This document shows positions 24,182-35,500 of a stretch of 64,000 nt of DNA, piece after piece. The first letter of the stretch is position 1, and each line of letters begins with the position of its first letter. The notes beneath the pieces were generated by a model. That model was not told where the DNA came from. It saw only the letters and a program-made list of their open reading frames with translations, and did not search any database. The DNA is from Octopus sinensis. Taxonomy: Eukaryota. The stretch covers positions 28,892,001-28,956,000 of the forward strand of contig NC_043020.1 of NCBI RefSeq assembly GCF_006345805.1, written 5' to 3'. The translations under genes and the position numbers were made by a program.

Positions 24182-27100
24182 GTGTAGAGCATTTTAAGGT
24201 TAGACTGGGGGAAAGATGTTAGCATAGGGAACCTAGAGTTTGTCTAGGGAACTACATTGGAGAAGAGTACCTAAAGACAGCCCAGGGAAATGCATAAATA
24301 TGAGTATTTGGATCATCATCATTGTCATCATTATTATTATTGCTGAGGTCGACGTTGCTTTTCATCCTTTCGGGGTTGATAAAATAAGTACCAGTTAAAC
24401 ACTGGGGGCGATGTAATCGACTCATCCCCTCTCCCACCACCAAAATGGCTGCCCTTGTGGCAAAATTTGAAACTATTATTATTATTATTATTATTGCTCT
24501 GGTTATTATTAAGGTGGCGTTGTGCCGCCGGGGTCGACTTTGCTTTTCATCCTTTTGGGGGTCGATAAATTAAGTACCAGTTACGCACTGGGGTCGATCT
24601 TTCCCTCAAATATGAGGCCTTGTGCTTCCAGTAGAAAGGATTATTAAGGTAGCAAGCTGGCAGAACCGTTAGCAGGCCGGGAGAAATGTTTAGTGACATT
24701 TCGTCCATGTTTATGCTCTGAGTTAAAATTCCGCCGGGGTTGACTTACCCTTTTATCCTTTCGAGGTCGATAAAATAAGTACCAGCTGTGTACTGGGGGT
24801 CTATGTATTCGACTTCCATCGCCTTCCTGAACTTGCTGGCCTTGTGCCAAAATTTGAAACCGTTATTAAGATGGCGAGCTGTCAGAATGGTGAACCCGCC
24901 GAGCAAAATGCTTAGCAGCATTTCGTCGACTTTGCCTTTCATCCTTTTCGGATCGATAAAATAAATACCAGTTGAACATTGGGGCTAATGCAATCGACTT
25001 ATTCCTCCCCTAAAATTGCTGGCCTTGTGCCAAGATTTGAAACCAATACAAGCCTAAGTTAAGGCGGCGAGCAGGCAGGATCGTCAGCATTTTGTCCGTC
25101 TTTGTGTTCTGAGTTCAAATTCCGCAGAGGTCGACTTTGTCTTTTGTTCCTTCAAGGTTGACAAAGCAATTACCTATTTCTGAAAAGGTAAATATTTTTT
25201 TTTATTTCCACGTGTCCCTATTTACACAACTATAAGGAATGAACTTCCTAGGTGTTTTCATTATAGTTCAGTTTAATTTCTTAAAGATGTAAGAAATTAA
25301 TTATCCCAGCATCTTCCACCAAAATATCTGAATTCGTCGAGGAAGACCCTACGCGGCGGTTAGGTTTGTTAGAAAATGATACCAAATACTCCTCAAATCA
25401 AAACGTATCGTCTTGAAGAAAGAAAAAGTGGGGGAAGTGGAAGAATATATTCAATATTGCAGCCACAGAAAACATTATATTTGAAACAAAAATAGAGTAA
25501 AATCAATAAAAGTTGGGTTAATCACCGCTTGAACGAATTTCGTCCCATGTCTCCTGGACCAGGGACAGAGGGGAAACGAAACAACAGTTCGAAGTCAAGG
25601 AAGAAATAATTTCATTTTTCATAACATTCCTTTCTTGTATTATAAACTCCATTCACCTCTGGGATACCTTATAGGAACATTTAATCGAATTCAAGGACTT
25701 GGCTGGTATTTTTATTTCAACGGCCCTGGAAGAGCCGTGTCTATAACCCAAAAAGCCTTCCCCTCCCTGCCGGGGCAACTGTCCTTGTGTGCCGATTCCC
25801 CCTTCACAGGCAGCGCCTGAAGAAGGTTAGACAAGAATGAATGAAAGGAAAATGCTGATGTTGGCGGGATTTTAACTGAGAACGAAAAGGTTCGTAAGTT
25901 TATTTTTCTGATATTATCGGAAAAAGTAGGAATGTTTTGGTTAAACAAATACCTTAGAATTGGGGTCAGGTTTGTCTTAGAAACAATTATTTACATAATA
26001 TGACGCGGAGAACCCAGTTTCGAAAACATTCCAAATTACTGCATTTTAAGTGTCTCATTCACTCAGGAAGATATTAATGTAATAATTTTCCCTCTTTCTT
26101 GTCTTAAGAAAATATTCTTGTCTGAAAAGAAATTCTTTATATTTTGGTCGAGGCATAACTACAATTTGGTACCCTTCTCCCTTCCAACTTTGTCACCGCA
26201 TTAAAAAGATGCACTTTTAAGAAAGTTCTAATTAAAGAAAGATGTGCTTCGACTGATATATTTCCCGACGGATTTTTTTACAGCTTTACAATGCCTTGGA
26301 AAAAACCCCTTAAAACCGCAGTTAACATAAATTTGTATCACCGAAATCATTTTTTTTTTTTTTGTTAAACATCACCATCAGCACCTTTGAGAGGTCCTCC
26401 TGGCCTCATCAACCGCCCGTTATAAGTAGCAAAGCATCGTCCCATCAGAATCATTTCGTGTCTTTTCCCTCTCATTTTTCAAACAACAAAAAGCCAACAA
26501 CACCAAGTTCCCTCTGCTCCCATCACCTTGCCATCGTCCCAACTACCATCGAAGCATTTCCCCGTCACTAAAGAAAAAAGTTTTACTTACCAGAAAAGCT
26601 AAGATTACTTTTAAGTTGTGGCTGTGAACTACGTGTAAGTTTGGTATCGATCGCCATGTGACAGTTTCTGTTGGGGCTTACGGCAAACAGATTTACGGAC
26701 TGTTACATACATATTGGTAGACATTGCATGTGGTGGCATCTGGTGAGGCCTGGGACACCAAACCACGCGCTTCTTTTCACCGCGGAATGTGTGTATGTGT
26801 GTGTGTCTCCACCGCCGTCAGCGTCATTGTTTTAACGTCCACTTTTCCCTGCTTGCATGGATCAGACGGAATTTGTTGAGGCAAGTTCCCTCATGATCAT
26901 CATCATCGTTTAACGTCCGTTTTACATGCTGGCATGGGTTGGACGGTTTAACTGAGGTCTGGAAAGCCAGCGGCTGCACCAGGCTCCAATCTGATCAGGC
27001 AATGTTTCTACAGCTGGATACCCTTCCTAACGTCAACCACTCCGAGAGTGTAGTGGGTGCTTTTATATGTTCCACTGGCACAGGAGCCAATCAGACGTCC

Positions 27101-27299
27101 CTGGCTTCAATCATGTTTGGATAGTGCTTTTTATGTGCCACCAGCATGGGAACCAGTCAGTGGGTACTAGCATTGACTGTGTTTGGATGGTGCATTTTAC
27201 AAGCCACTGGCACAGGAGCCAGTCAAGGGGCACAGGCCACAGCTATGATTTTGGTTTTATTTGACTCAACAGGTGTTCTCAAGCATATCGTATATACCC

Positions 27300-28101
27300 C
27301 CCACCCATATATATATGTAATTCAAAATATGAACAAAAACAAACTATTTAATAAATTTTTAGTTTTCAAAATGAAACAAAACCGTCAGATGGAAAATAAT
27401 GTATATTTTTCTATTCTTCCATTTTATTTTTATTTGAAAAGTTTTTACTCATTTGGATTTAAATGAGTTAACTTGGGCATTGAAAAAATACATATAACTT
27501 AACTATCTTCGATTTTTTATAAGATGTGTTGCTTTTAAATGATAATTCTTAAAACAAGGAGCTACACACAAAGTTATCTTGCAGACATCACACATGTATC
27601 TGCTTTCTCTTCAAATCTTCTTTCCTTTAGCGTCTCTCTTCTCTGTACATTTTGCACACTATCTTGTAGGGTTCTTTTTCTTATCACTTGGTGGTATTTC
27701 CATGGGAAAGTGACCAGCTGGGGCAAATCTTGTTGGATGTGGGATCGATGACGGTCTTCCTGGTTTCATGGGAGGCAATAAGGGCCTATATTTTATTCAA
27801 TAATCTTGGTTATTATTTGCATTCTAAATTTCAGCGGTTTCATAGCAGACGCTGAAGTTTCCAAAGATGCTTTATACAAAACATAAACATTCCAGATAGC
27901 CAAATCCATCAAATGAAAAAATACTTATTTTTTTTAAACAACACAAGTAAATTCGTGATTGCTCAAACATGAAACGACACAAAACAAATAAACTTGTTTG
28001 AGTGCTAAAATTAAAAGTTAATTTTGCCCGAGTATACTCGTCTGGTTCTAAAAAGATACATTTGCAATGCATGAGTAAACTCGGGATAATCCATTAAGGG
28101 G
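27300..28101 (-). mobile_element. Internally deleted piggyBac element with transposase Cys-rich C-terminus (left boundary uncertain)
   Basis: 27530-27765 minus reads PGRPSS..PTR...GHFP.EIPPSDKKKNPTR*CAKC...RESRYMCDVCKITLCVAPCFKNYH; terminus GGGG|TTAA at 28098-28105; GAGTATACTCG subterminal repeats. Confidence 0.82.
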
Positions 28102-29371
28102 TTAATAAAATGAATCATATACTTATTATTTATATATACATGTGTGTGTGTATATATATATGTGTGCGTGTGTCTGTGTATATATATATATATATATATA
28201 TGATGCCAGCACCGCCACTCGTGGCTGATGCCAGCACCGCCTCGACTGGCTCCGTGCCGGTGGCACATAAAATACACCAATCCGACCGTGGCCGTTGCCA
28301 GCCTCGCCTGGCACCTGTGCAGGTGGCACGTAAAAAGCACCCACTACACTCACGGAGTGGTTGGCGTTATAGGAAGGGCATCCAGCTGTAGAAACATTGC
28401 CAGATTAGACTGGAGCCTGGTGCAGCCTTCTGGCTTCCCAGAACCCCGGTCGAACCGTCCAACCCATGCTAGCATGGAGAATGGACGTTAAACGATGATG
28501 ATGATGATGATGATGATATATATAAGGAGAGTTTATGAAAAAAACAAAAGACGAAGACAGGTGGAGTATAAAACAAACAGATGTATTAGTATAATGCTCA
28601 GGAATAGAAAAAGTCTTTCACGTTTCAAGCCTATGCTCTTTTACAGAAAGGGACACAGAAAAAACAAGAGAAAAAAATGTGTGTAGTGGCTAACGATCTA
28701 TCATGGCATCTATATATATATATATATATATATAGATAGATAGATTTTCTGTAGGTAAAATCTGGCAATATGTGGGTTCTGTCTGTGTTTGCTTGATACA
28801 TATAGACTGTGTATTTGAGTAAACATTAACATAGCAATTTTGGATGGCGTTTGAGTTATTTTGTTAATCTCTAATATTATCGACAGGCATTGATGTTTCT
28901 AGCTGCTCTACCCTTAACAATCACCCTACAATGTTCTCAACTATTCACTAGTTTTATCTACCGTTCTTTGTCTCTTGACTATCATAATCCCATCAACAAA
29001 ATATTGTGTATTATATTAGCACGAGCAAGGATGTATTGAATGCGTTTATTTTTGTATATACCTGGCGAAGACTGTTTCTACGGAACGCTTGCTTGCATTG
29101 AGAAGAGACAAACACTTCTGAGTTTGTCATGGGTTAGCCTACACGTTAAATAAAGTCCTTTTGAAATTCTCCCTGAGGATATACCCAATTCACTGGTTTT
29201 GAATAAGGAATTTTATTTTTGAAATTGAAGAATTGTGTATGGAAACAGGTGTAGGTAGGAAATCCTATGTTTGAGATTGAATGTCTTCAAATAAAAACTT
29301 CTGAACGTAAAGTTTTATCCATTTTCTTGTACAAAAACACAAAATCATAAAATTAAGACATCACGATTAGT

Positions 29372-29377
29372 TTTATT
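29372..29377 (-). terminator. AATAAA polyadenylation signal candidate for UBE4A; further hexamers at 29212-29217 and 29045-29050
   Basis: Plus-strand tttatt 10 nt past the stop codon. Which site is used cannot be told from sequence. Confidence 0.4.
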
Positions 29378-29386
29378 TAATATGTT

Positions 29387-29510
29387 TTAATATTCTTTAA
29401 TTCGCTTTCGATTCTCTCTTAACCAACGGTCAATTTTGTCCTTCAAGTCCACATTGGGTATGACCTTATCCATAGTCAGTGGTTTCCGGCTGAATGGGTC
29501 TGACTGGTCA
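29387..29510 (-). CDS. UBE4A: UBE4A terminal exon c17: [41 protein letters not shown]
   Basis: Acceptor atatttcag|T, TAA at 29387-29389, completes the U-box. Confidence 0.96.
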
Positions 29511-32500
29511 CTGAAATATAAACAGACAGATGGACTTCAATAACATGAACAATGGAGTCACTAACTGAAGCAACACACACACACACAAGTATATATACTG
29601 TATTTTGACGTGTATAAAGAACCCTTTTTTTTGTCAAAAATTAGGTTAAAAAACAGAGAAAAAAACACAAGAAAAAACAACAATGTGAGGATGTGGTACA
29701 TGCAAAGTATTAATTAATAAGATGCTCAGGGAAGGAAAGAAAGGGTGTTTTAGGTTTTGAGCAAAGCTCTTCTTCAGAAATAAAGAGGATGAAGACCTTT
29801 GGCGATATGCTGCACTTGAGAAGACCCGTCAAGCCAAATGAAATCGTTGTCGTGGCCAATGCTGGTGGCACATGAAAAGCACCTTTCAAGTGTTGGGCCT
29901 CACGGAGGCAGTAACAAATGACTGAGGCCTTTGCCATTATACTGTGCTTGGGAAGAAGACCCATCAAGCCAAGTGTAATCATAGTCAGGGCAGATACTGG
30001 GGTGACACAGCTGGCACCCATGCTGGGGCATGTAACAACACCCATTACACTCTCAGAGTGGTTGGTGTTAGGAAGGGCATCCAGCCATAGAAAACCATGC
30101 CAAATCAAACTGGAGTCAAACTCTCGGCCTTCCTTCATGCCAGCATGGACAATGGACGTTAAATGATGATGATGATGATGATTTATGTGTGTATTTGTGC
30201 TTCCTTGTTTTGGCATGGTATGATGGTTGCAAATGAATTCCATTCATTTCCAATATTCCGTGGAAATCTGCCAGGCTACGGGATAACATTATCTTTCTTG
30301 GAAACATGTGAGGATTGGCAACAGGGGGGAAGCAACCTGCCATACAGAAATCTGCCTCCACAAATTCCATTTGACCCATGCAAGCATGGAAAAGGGGACA
30401 TTAAAAAACCATGGTGATGATGATGACAATGATGATGATGATGGCGATAGGTTTTGCAAACTTACCTCAACAGATGTCGTGCAATAACAGTTCGATCCAG
30501 GGTTTTCTGTGAAGTTGGCAAGATGACTGGGTCCTTCATTAATGTCCCCATTATAGGGTCCAAGAACTCATCAGGGGCTTCAGACAACATTTCATCCTCT
30601 TCTTTCTGTTTCACTCCCAAGTCCTTGAAATAAGAATTTAGAAAAACCGTGTTAGGATATTTAAATTCAAAGAAAAATAACGATAGAGACTAACGTGTAA
30701 ACTTTACTGATGGCATACGAGGAATCAAGCCATTCTCTTCAACCAATAAACCAGCTCCCCCAACCCACCACCAGAGTGTACATCTATAACCACAAGATCT
30801 TTACACAGGGACACAAAGTTCAAGTGCTCCATCCCCAGGCAATACACCAGACATCTTTATAATTATCACACAATGGCAGTGAGTTGGCAGAAGTGGTAGC
30901 ACACTACACTAACAATGCTTGCCATCATTTCTTCTGGCCCTTTACGTTTTGGGTTCAAATTCTGCCAAGGTCAATTTTGCCTTTCATCCTTTCAGGGGTC
31001 AATAAATTAAGTACCAGTTCTAAACACTTGGGTTCAAGTAATCAACTAGTACCCTCCTGCCAAATTTCAGGCCCTGTGCCTTTAACAGAAAGGATTATTA
31101 TTATTATTATTATGGTGGCGAGCTGGCAGAATCGTTAGAACGCCAGGCAAAACGCTTAGTGGTATTTCATCTGTTGCTACATTCTGAGTTCAAATTCCAC
31201 TGAGGTTGACTCCAGAGAGTGTACCTGGTGCCTTCAACGTGTCACCAGTATGTGTGTGTGTGTTTGTATTTGTGCCCCACCACACCACTTGATAACTGGG
31301 GTCAATTTGTTTGAAAAAACCCCATCAAGGCAGTGCCCCAACCTGGCCACAGTTCAATGACTGAAACAAATAAATCATCAAAGATAAAAAAGAAAAAAAC
31401 GAACTTACTTTGATTTTCTGATCCAAAGCCTCAAAACTTTCAATGTCTTGTTGAGACCAGCCAATTTTATGCAAGATATGCTTTGCTTTAATCAACAAGC
31501 TTTCAGAATACGAACGACCATCCGACAGAACAGCGAAACAGAATTTCTCATTTTCAGCAAGGTTCAGGTAAGTTTTGCAGATATTAGAGACAATCTGCTG
31601 TGGTTTGAATTCATATTCGTTCTTGTCTTTCACGTTAAAATTCTTCTGTTTTGGACCAACCTAAAAAAACAAAAAAATAACTAATTAAAACATAAAACAT
31701 TTCTTCGTAATTTACTCGTCTGGATATGTGAGAACGCCGAACGTATTATGGTAAGATATCTTTTATTCTTTTACAAGCGAACCTCCTGCCCTTTGGCCTA
31801 GTCTGTACGGTGCTTGAATGTGTGTGTGGATATTGAAATACGTTTAGGCTAGAAAGAGGGGATCTTTGTGTCAGATGAGGAAAGGTTATAGTGAGACTGA
31901 GAGACAGAAACAGGGGTTTCTCTGTAAGAATTAAAAACAATTTACACAGAATGGTCTTCTTCGTGTATTATATTTTAGACTGAATTTAGTGAAAAAACAT
32001 CAGTCCTGCCACTTAAATAAATAAATAAATGCACCCTTTTAAAGCCTAGCCAGGCTCATGGGCCCGGTTTCCCGGTTTCAATGGTGTATGTGTTCGTTCC
32101 ACAGCTGGATGGGATGCCAGTCCATCGCAGCGTTACTCATTTTTGCCAGCTGAGTGGACTGGAGCAACATAAAATGAAGTGTTTTGCTCAAGAACACAAC
32201 ATGCTGCCTGGTCCAGGAATCGAACCACAATCTTACAATCATGATGCTGGCATCCTAACCACTAAGCCATGCGCCTCCACTTCTGCCACTTACACACCAC
32301 AAATTCTTCATTTCACCATCCACTCTCCCAATCCCTCCACGCCCACCACACCAGCAGTAGCAGCAGCTGCTGCTGGTTGCTGTCGCTTCATTCACCCTTG
32401 CTGATTCACTCCACACTTACCAGATGCACAAGGAAATAATTCAACATCTCCGAGATCCTGGTGACCATTGAGTCATGGGTAAAGATGGACTTGATGTCTG

Positions 32501-35500
32501 TGGTCAGCAATTCTATAGCCTGGATGGTAGAATTAGCCATGATGTTGTGGTATCTGGCCAACATGCTGATCTGACGGAGATTTGATGTATGCTCTTGTTG
32601 TTGCTCGTCCGACAAGTGTCTCCACGTCTCTGATTCCTCTTCCTGTTGTTTCTCTTTAATTTGCATCATGTACTGCACAACGGATTAAGAGATATAAATA
32701 AGATACAGTTAGGAGATAAAAGATAGAGGTAAGACAGAAAGAAGAGATATAGAGACATTGGGGCAGCCTTCCAATTTACCAGCCCTGGTCAAACCGTCCA
32801 ACCCATGCCAACATGGACAACAGATGATGATGATGATGATCATCATCATCATCGTTTAACGTCCGTTCTCCATGCTAGCATGGGTTGGACGGTTCAACCG
32901 GGGATCTGGGAAGCCAGAAGGCTGCACCAGGCTCCAGTCTGATCTGGCAGTGTTTCTACAGCTGGATGCCCTTCCTAATGCCAACCACTCCATGAGTGTA
33001 GTGGGTGCTTTTTACGTGCCACCTGCACAGGTGCCAGGCGATGCTGGCAACGGCCACGATCGGATTGGTGCATTTTACGTGCCACCGGCATGGAAGCCAG
33101 TCGAGGCGGCACTGGCATCGGCCACGATTTGGATGGTGCTTTTTACGTGCCACCGGCACAGAAGCCAGTCAAGGCGGCGCTGGCATCGGCCACGATTCGG
33201 ATAGCGCTTTTTATGTGCCAGGTTCAATTTCGATTCCGATAATATAGATAAGAGATAGATAAGCAATGTAGAGATATAGATGAGAGATATGTAGATACAG
33301 ACAGATAAGAGGTAGAGATAAGAGATATAGATAAGATATATGATGCTGAGTAAAATGTAAGCAACGTTTTGAGACATGAAATTTCATCCCAATATATTTC
33401 AACAACGTGGAAATTTTATTCATCAAAGAAAGTACCTTTAAAATCAACAAATTTTTGCCAGCAAGTTATAATTTTGTTTATTCCACTGACATAAAAATCT
33501 GGAGTTCCGGAGCTGATGAACTCTTGGAACGCACTTTCAGCATTGGTGTGATTTTTTTTAACTCCTTCTCTCACAGGAAATCATCAAGGTGCTTGAAAAA
33601 GTTGTAGTGGGTAGGAGAAAGGTCTGGGGAATAAGCTGGGCGGGGAAGAACTTTGTAGCCAGTACTTAACTTTATTGACCTTGGAGGCATGGAAGGCACA
33701 ACTGACCTTAGAGGGATTTGAACTCAGAACATAAAGAGCCAGAAGAAATATCACAAGACATTTTATCTGGTATGTTACCATGGGGTACAACAGAAGTTGC
33801 AGTAGAGCTTGAATAGTCATTAAAGAAGCATCGTTATCTAAATGTTCCTCATGGTTGCCTTGTTTATTTAAGTAAGCTTCGATATATAACATGCAAGCTG
33901 TAAAGATTACAGACCGGAGTGAGGTAGGAGGAGGAAGGGTGCGGCAGAAAGGAAATGCTGGGGGTTACTCACGGATAAAGCTTCATCCAGTAAGAAGATG
34001 GCATCGTTGATGAGTAAGTTGATGAAACGCAAAAAGAGGGGGGCATTGGGAGCTTCTATGTTCTCCTCTGCATACACAACCAATTCCTGCAATGAGAAAG
34101 AACAGGGTTAATGATGGTTAAAGAGTGATTGGAAGCAGGGGATAGGAATGGAAGGTGAAGTAAAGGAAGGTGGTGTGTTTGTGAGTGAGTGAGAGAGAGA
34201 GAGAAAGAGAGAGTAGACATAGATATATAAAGAGAGATAAAGAAACAGAGATACAGATATATAGAAGGACATAAAGAGAGAGGGAGAGAGAAATAAAGAT
34301 AGACATAGAGAGAGCAACACAACAAGAAAGATAAAGACATATACAGAGAGAGAGAGAGAGAGATACAGGGAGTGACAGAGAGAGATAAACACAGAGAGAA
34401 AGAGAAAGTGATAGACATAGATATATAAAGAGACAAAGATATATAGAAAGACATAAAGAGAGAGGGAGAGAGAAATAGAGATAGACATACAGGGAGTAAC
34501 ACAAAAAGAAAGATAAAGACATAGACAAAGAAAGAGAGAGAGAGAGACACACACACATACAGCGAAAAGAAAGGACAAACAGAAAGTAGGGGCAAGGCTG
34601 TGAGAGTAGAATAAAGGATGAAGAAACTGATGGGAAACAAAAGAATTGTGAAGACCTTAATAGCTTCTCGATGGAGAGGAATTTCCCAAATGTATTCCAA
34701 TACTGCGTACATTGGTCGACGGTAATTAAACTTCTGTTCAAATGCGACGCTCTGTCCCGTCATTTCGATACTCACAAATACATGGAGCAACATCTCAGCG
34801 ACGTGTTTGGAAAGGTAATGTGTGTGGAAAATTTTACCTTCATAAAACCTGGGAAACGGAGAAAGAAATATAATTAGGTTGGGTGTCAACAGCCAGATCA
34901 TCATCATCATCGTTTAATGTCCGCTGTCCATGCTAGCATGAGTTGGACGATTTTGACTGAGGGCTGGCGAACCAGATGGCTGCACCAGGCTCCAATCTTG
35001 ATCTGGCAGAGTTTCTACAGTTGGATGCCCTTCCTAACGCCAACTACTCCAAGAGTGTAGTGGGTGCTTTTTACATACCACTGGCACGGGGGCCAGTCAG
35101 GCGGTACTGGCAATGACCTCACTCGAATCTTTTACACATGCTACCGGCACAGGTGCCAGTAAGGTGACGTTGATAACAATCACGCTCGAATGAGGCCGTT
35201 TCAGCCGGGTTGGTACCAAAACGGTTAATGTAAAATAGACTTCCAAAGACATTAATTTAGAAAAGTCAAAGGTGAAAAAAAACTAAAAAAAAAAACTGAT
35301 TAACTTACAAGTTAAGGCCAATCATATTCCCATGTCTGTTTTCAGAGGGTGGTATAAGGGACGACAGGCTTTCAGCCAAGGAAGCTCGAAGATGGGGATT
35401 GCTCATGCGCTCAGGACTCCCCATAAAAACAAGAATGACAGTCATCAAGTGATCCAAACTATCCCCGGCTGCCTGAAAATATGCAAATGTAAAGACTCTA

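Noticed and set aside
32872-33204. Recurrent [11 protein letters not shown]... ORF (also 959, 47107, 49780, 53154)
   Set aside because: Antisense translation of SINE A; it recurs only because the repeat does.
34108-34741. Separate long hydrophobic ORFs
   Set aside because: All three minus frames are open because of (CT)n composition; this is the c12-c13 intron of UBE4A.
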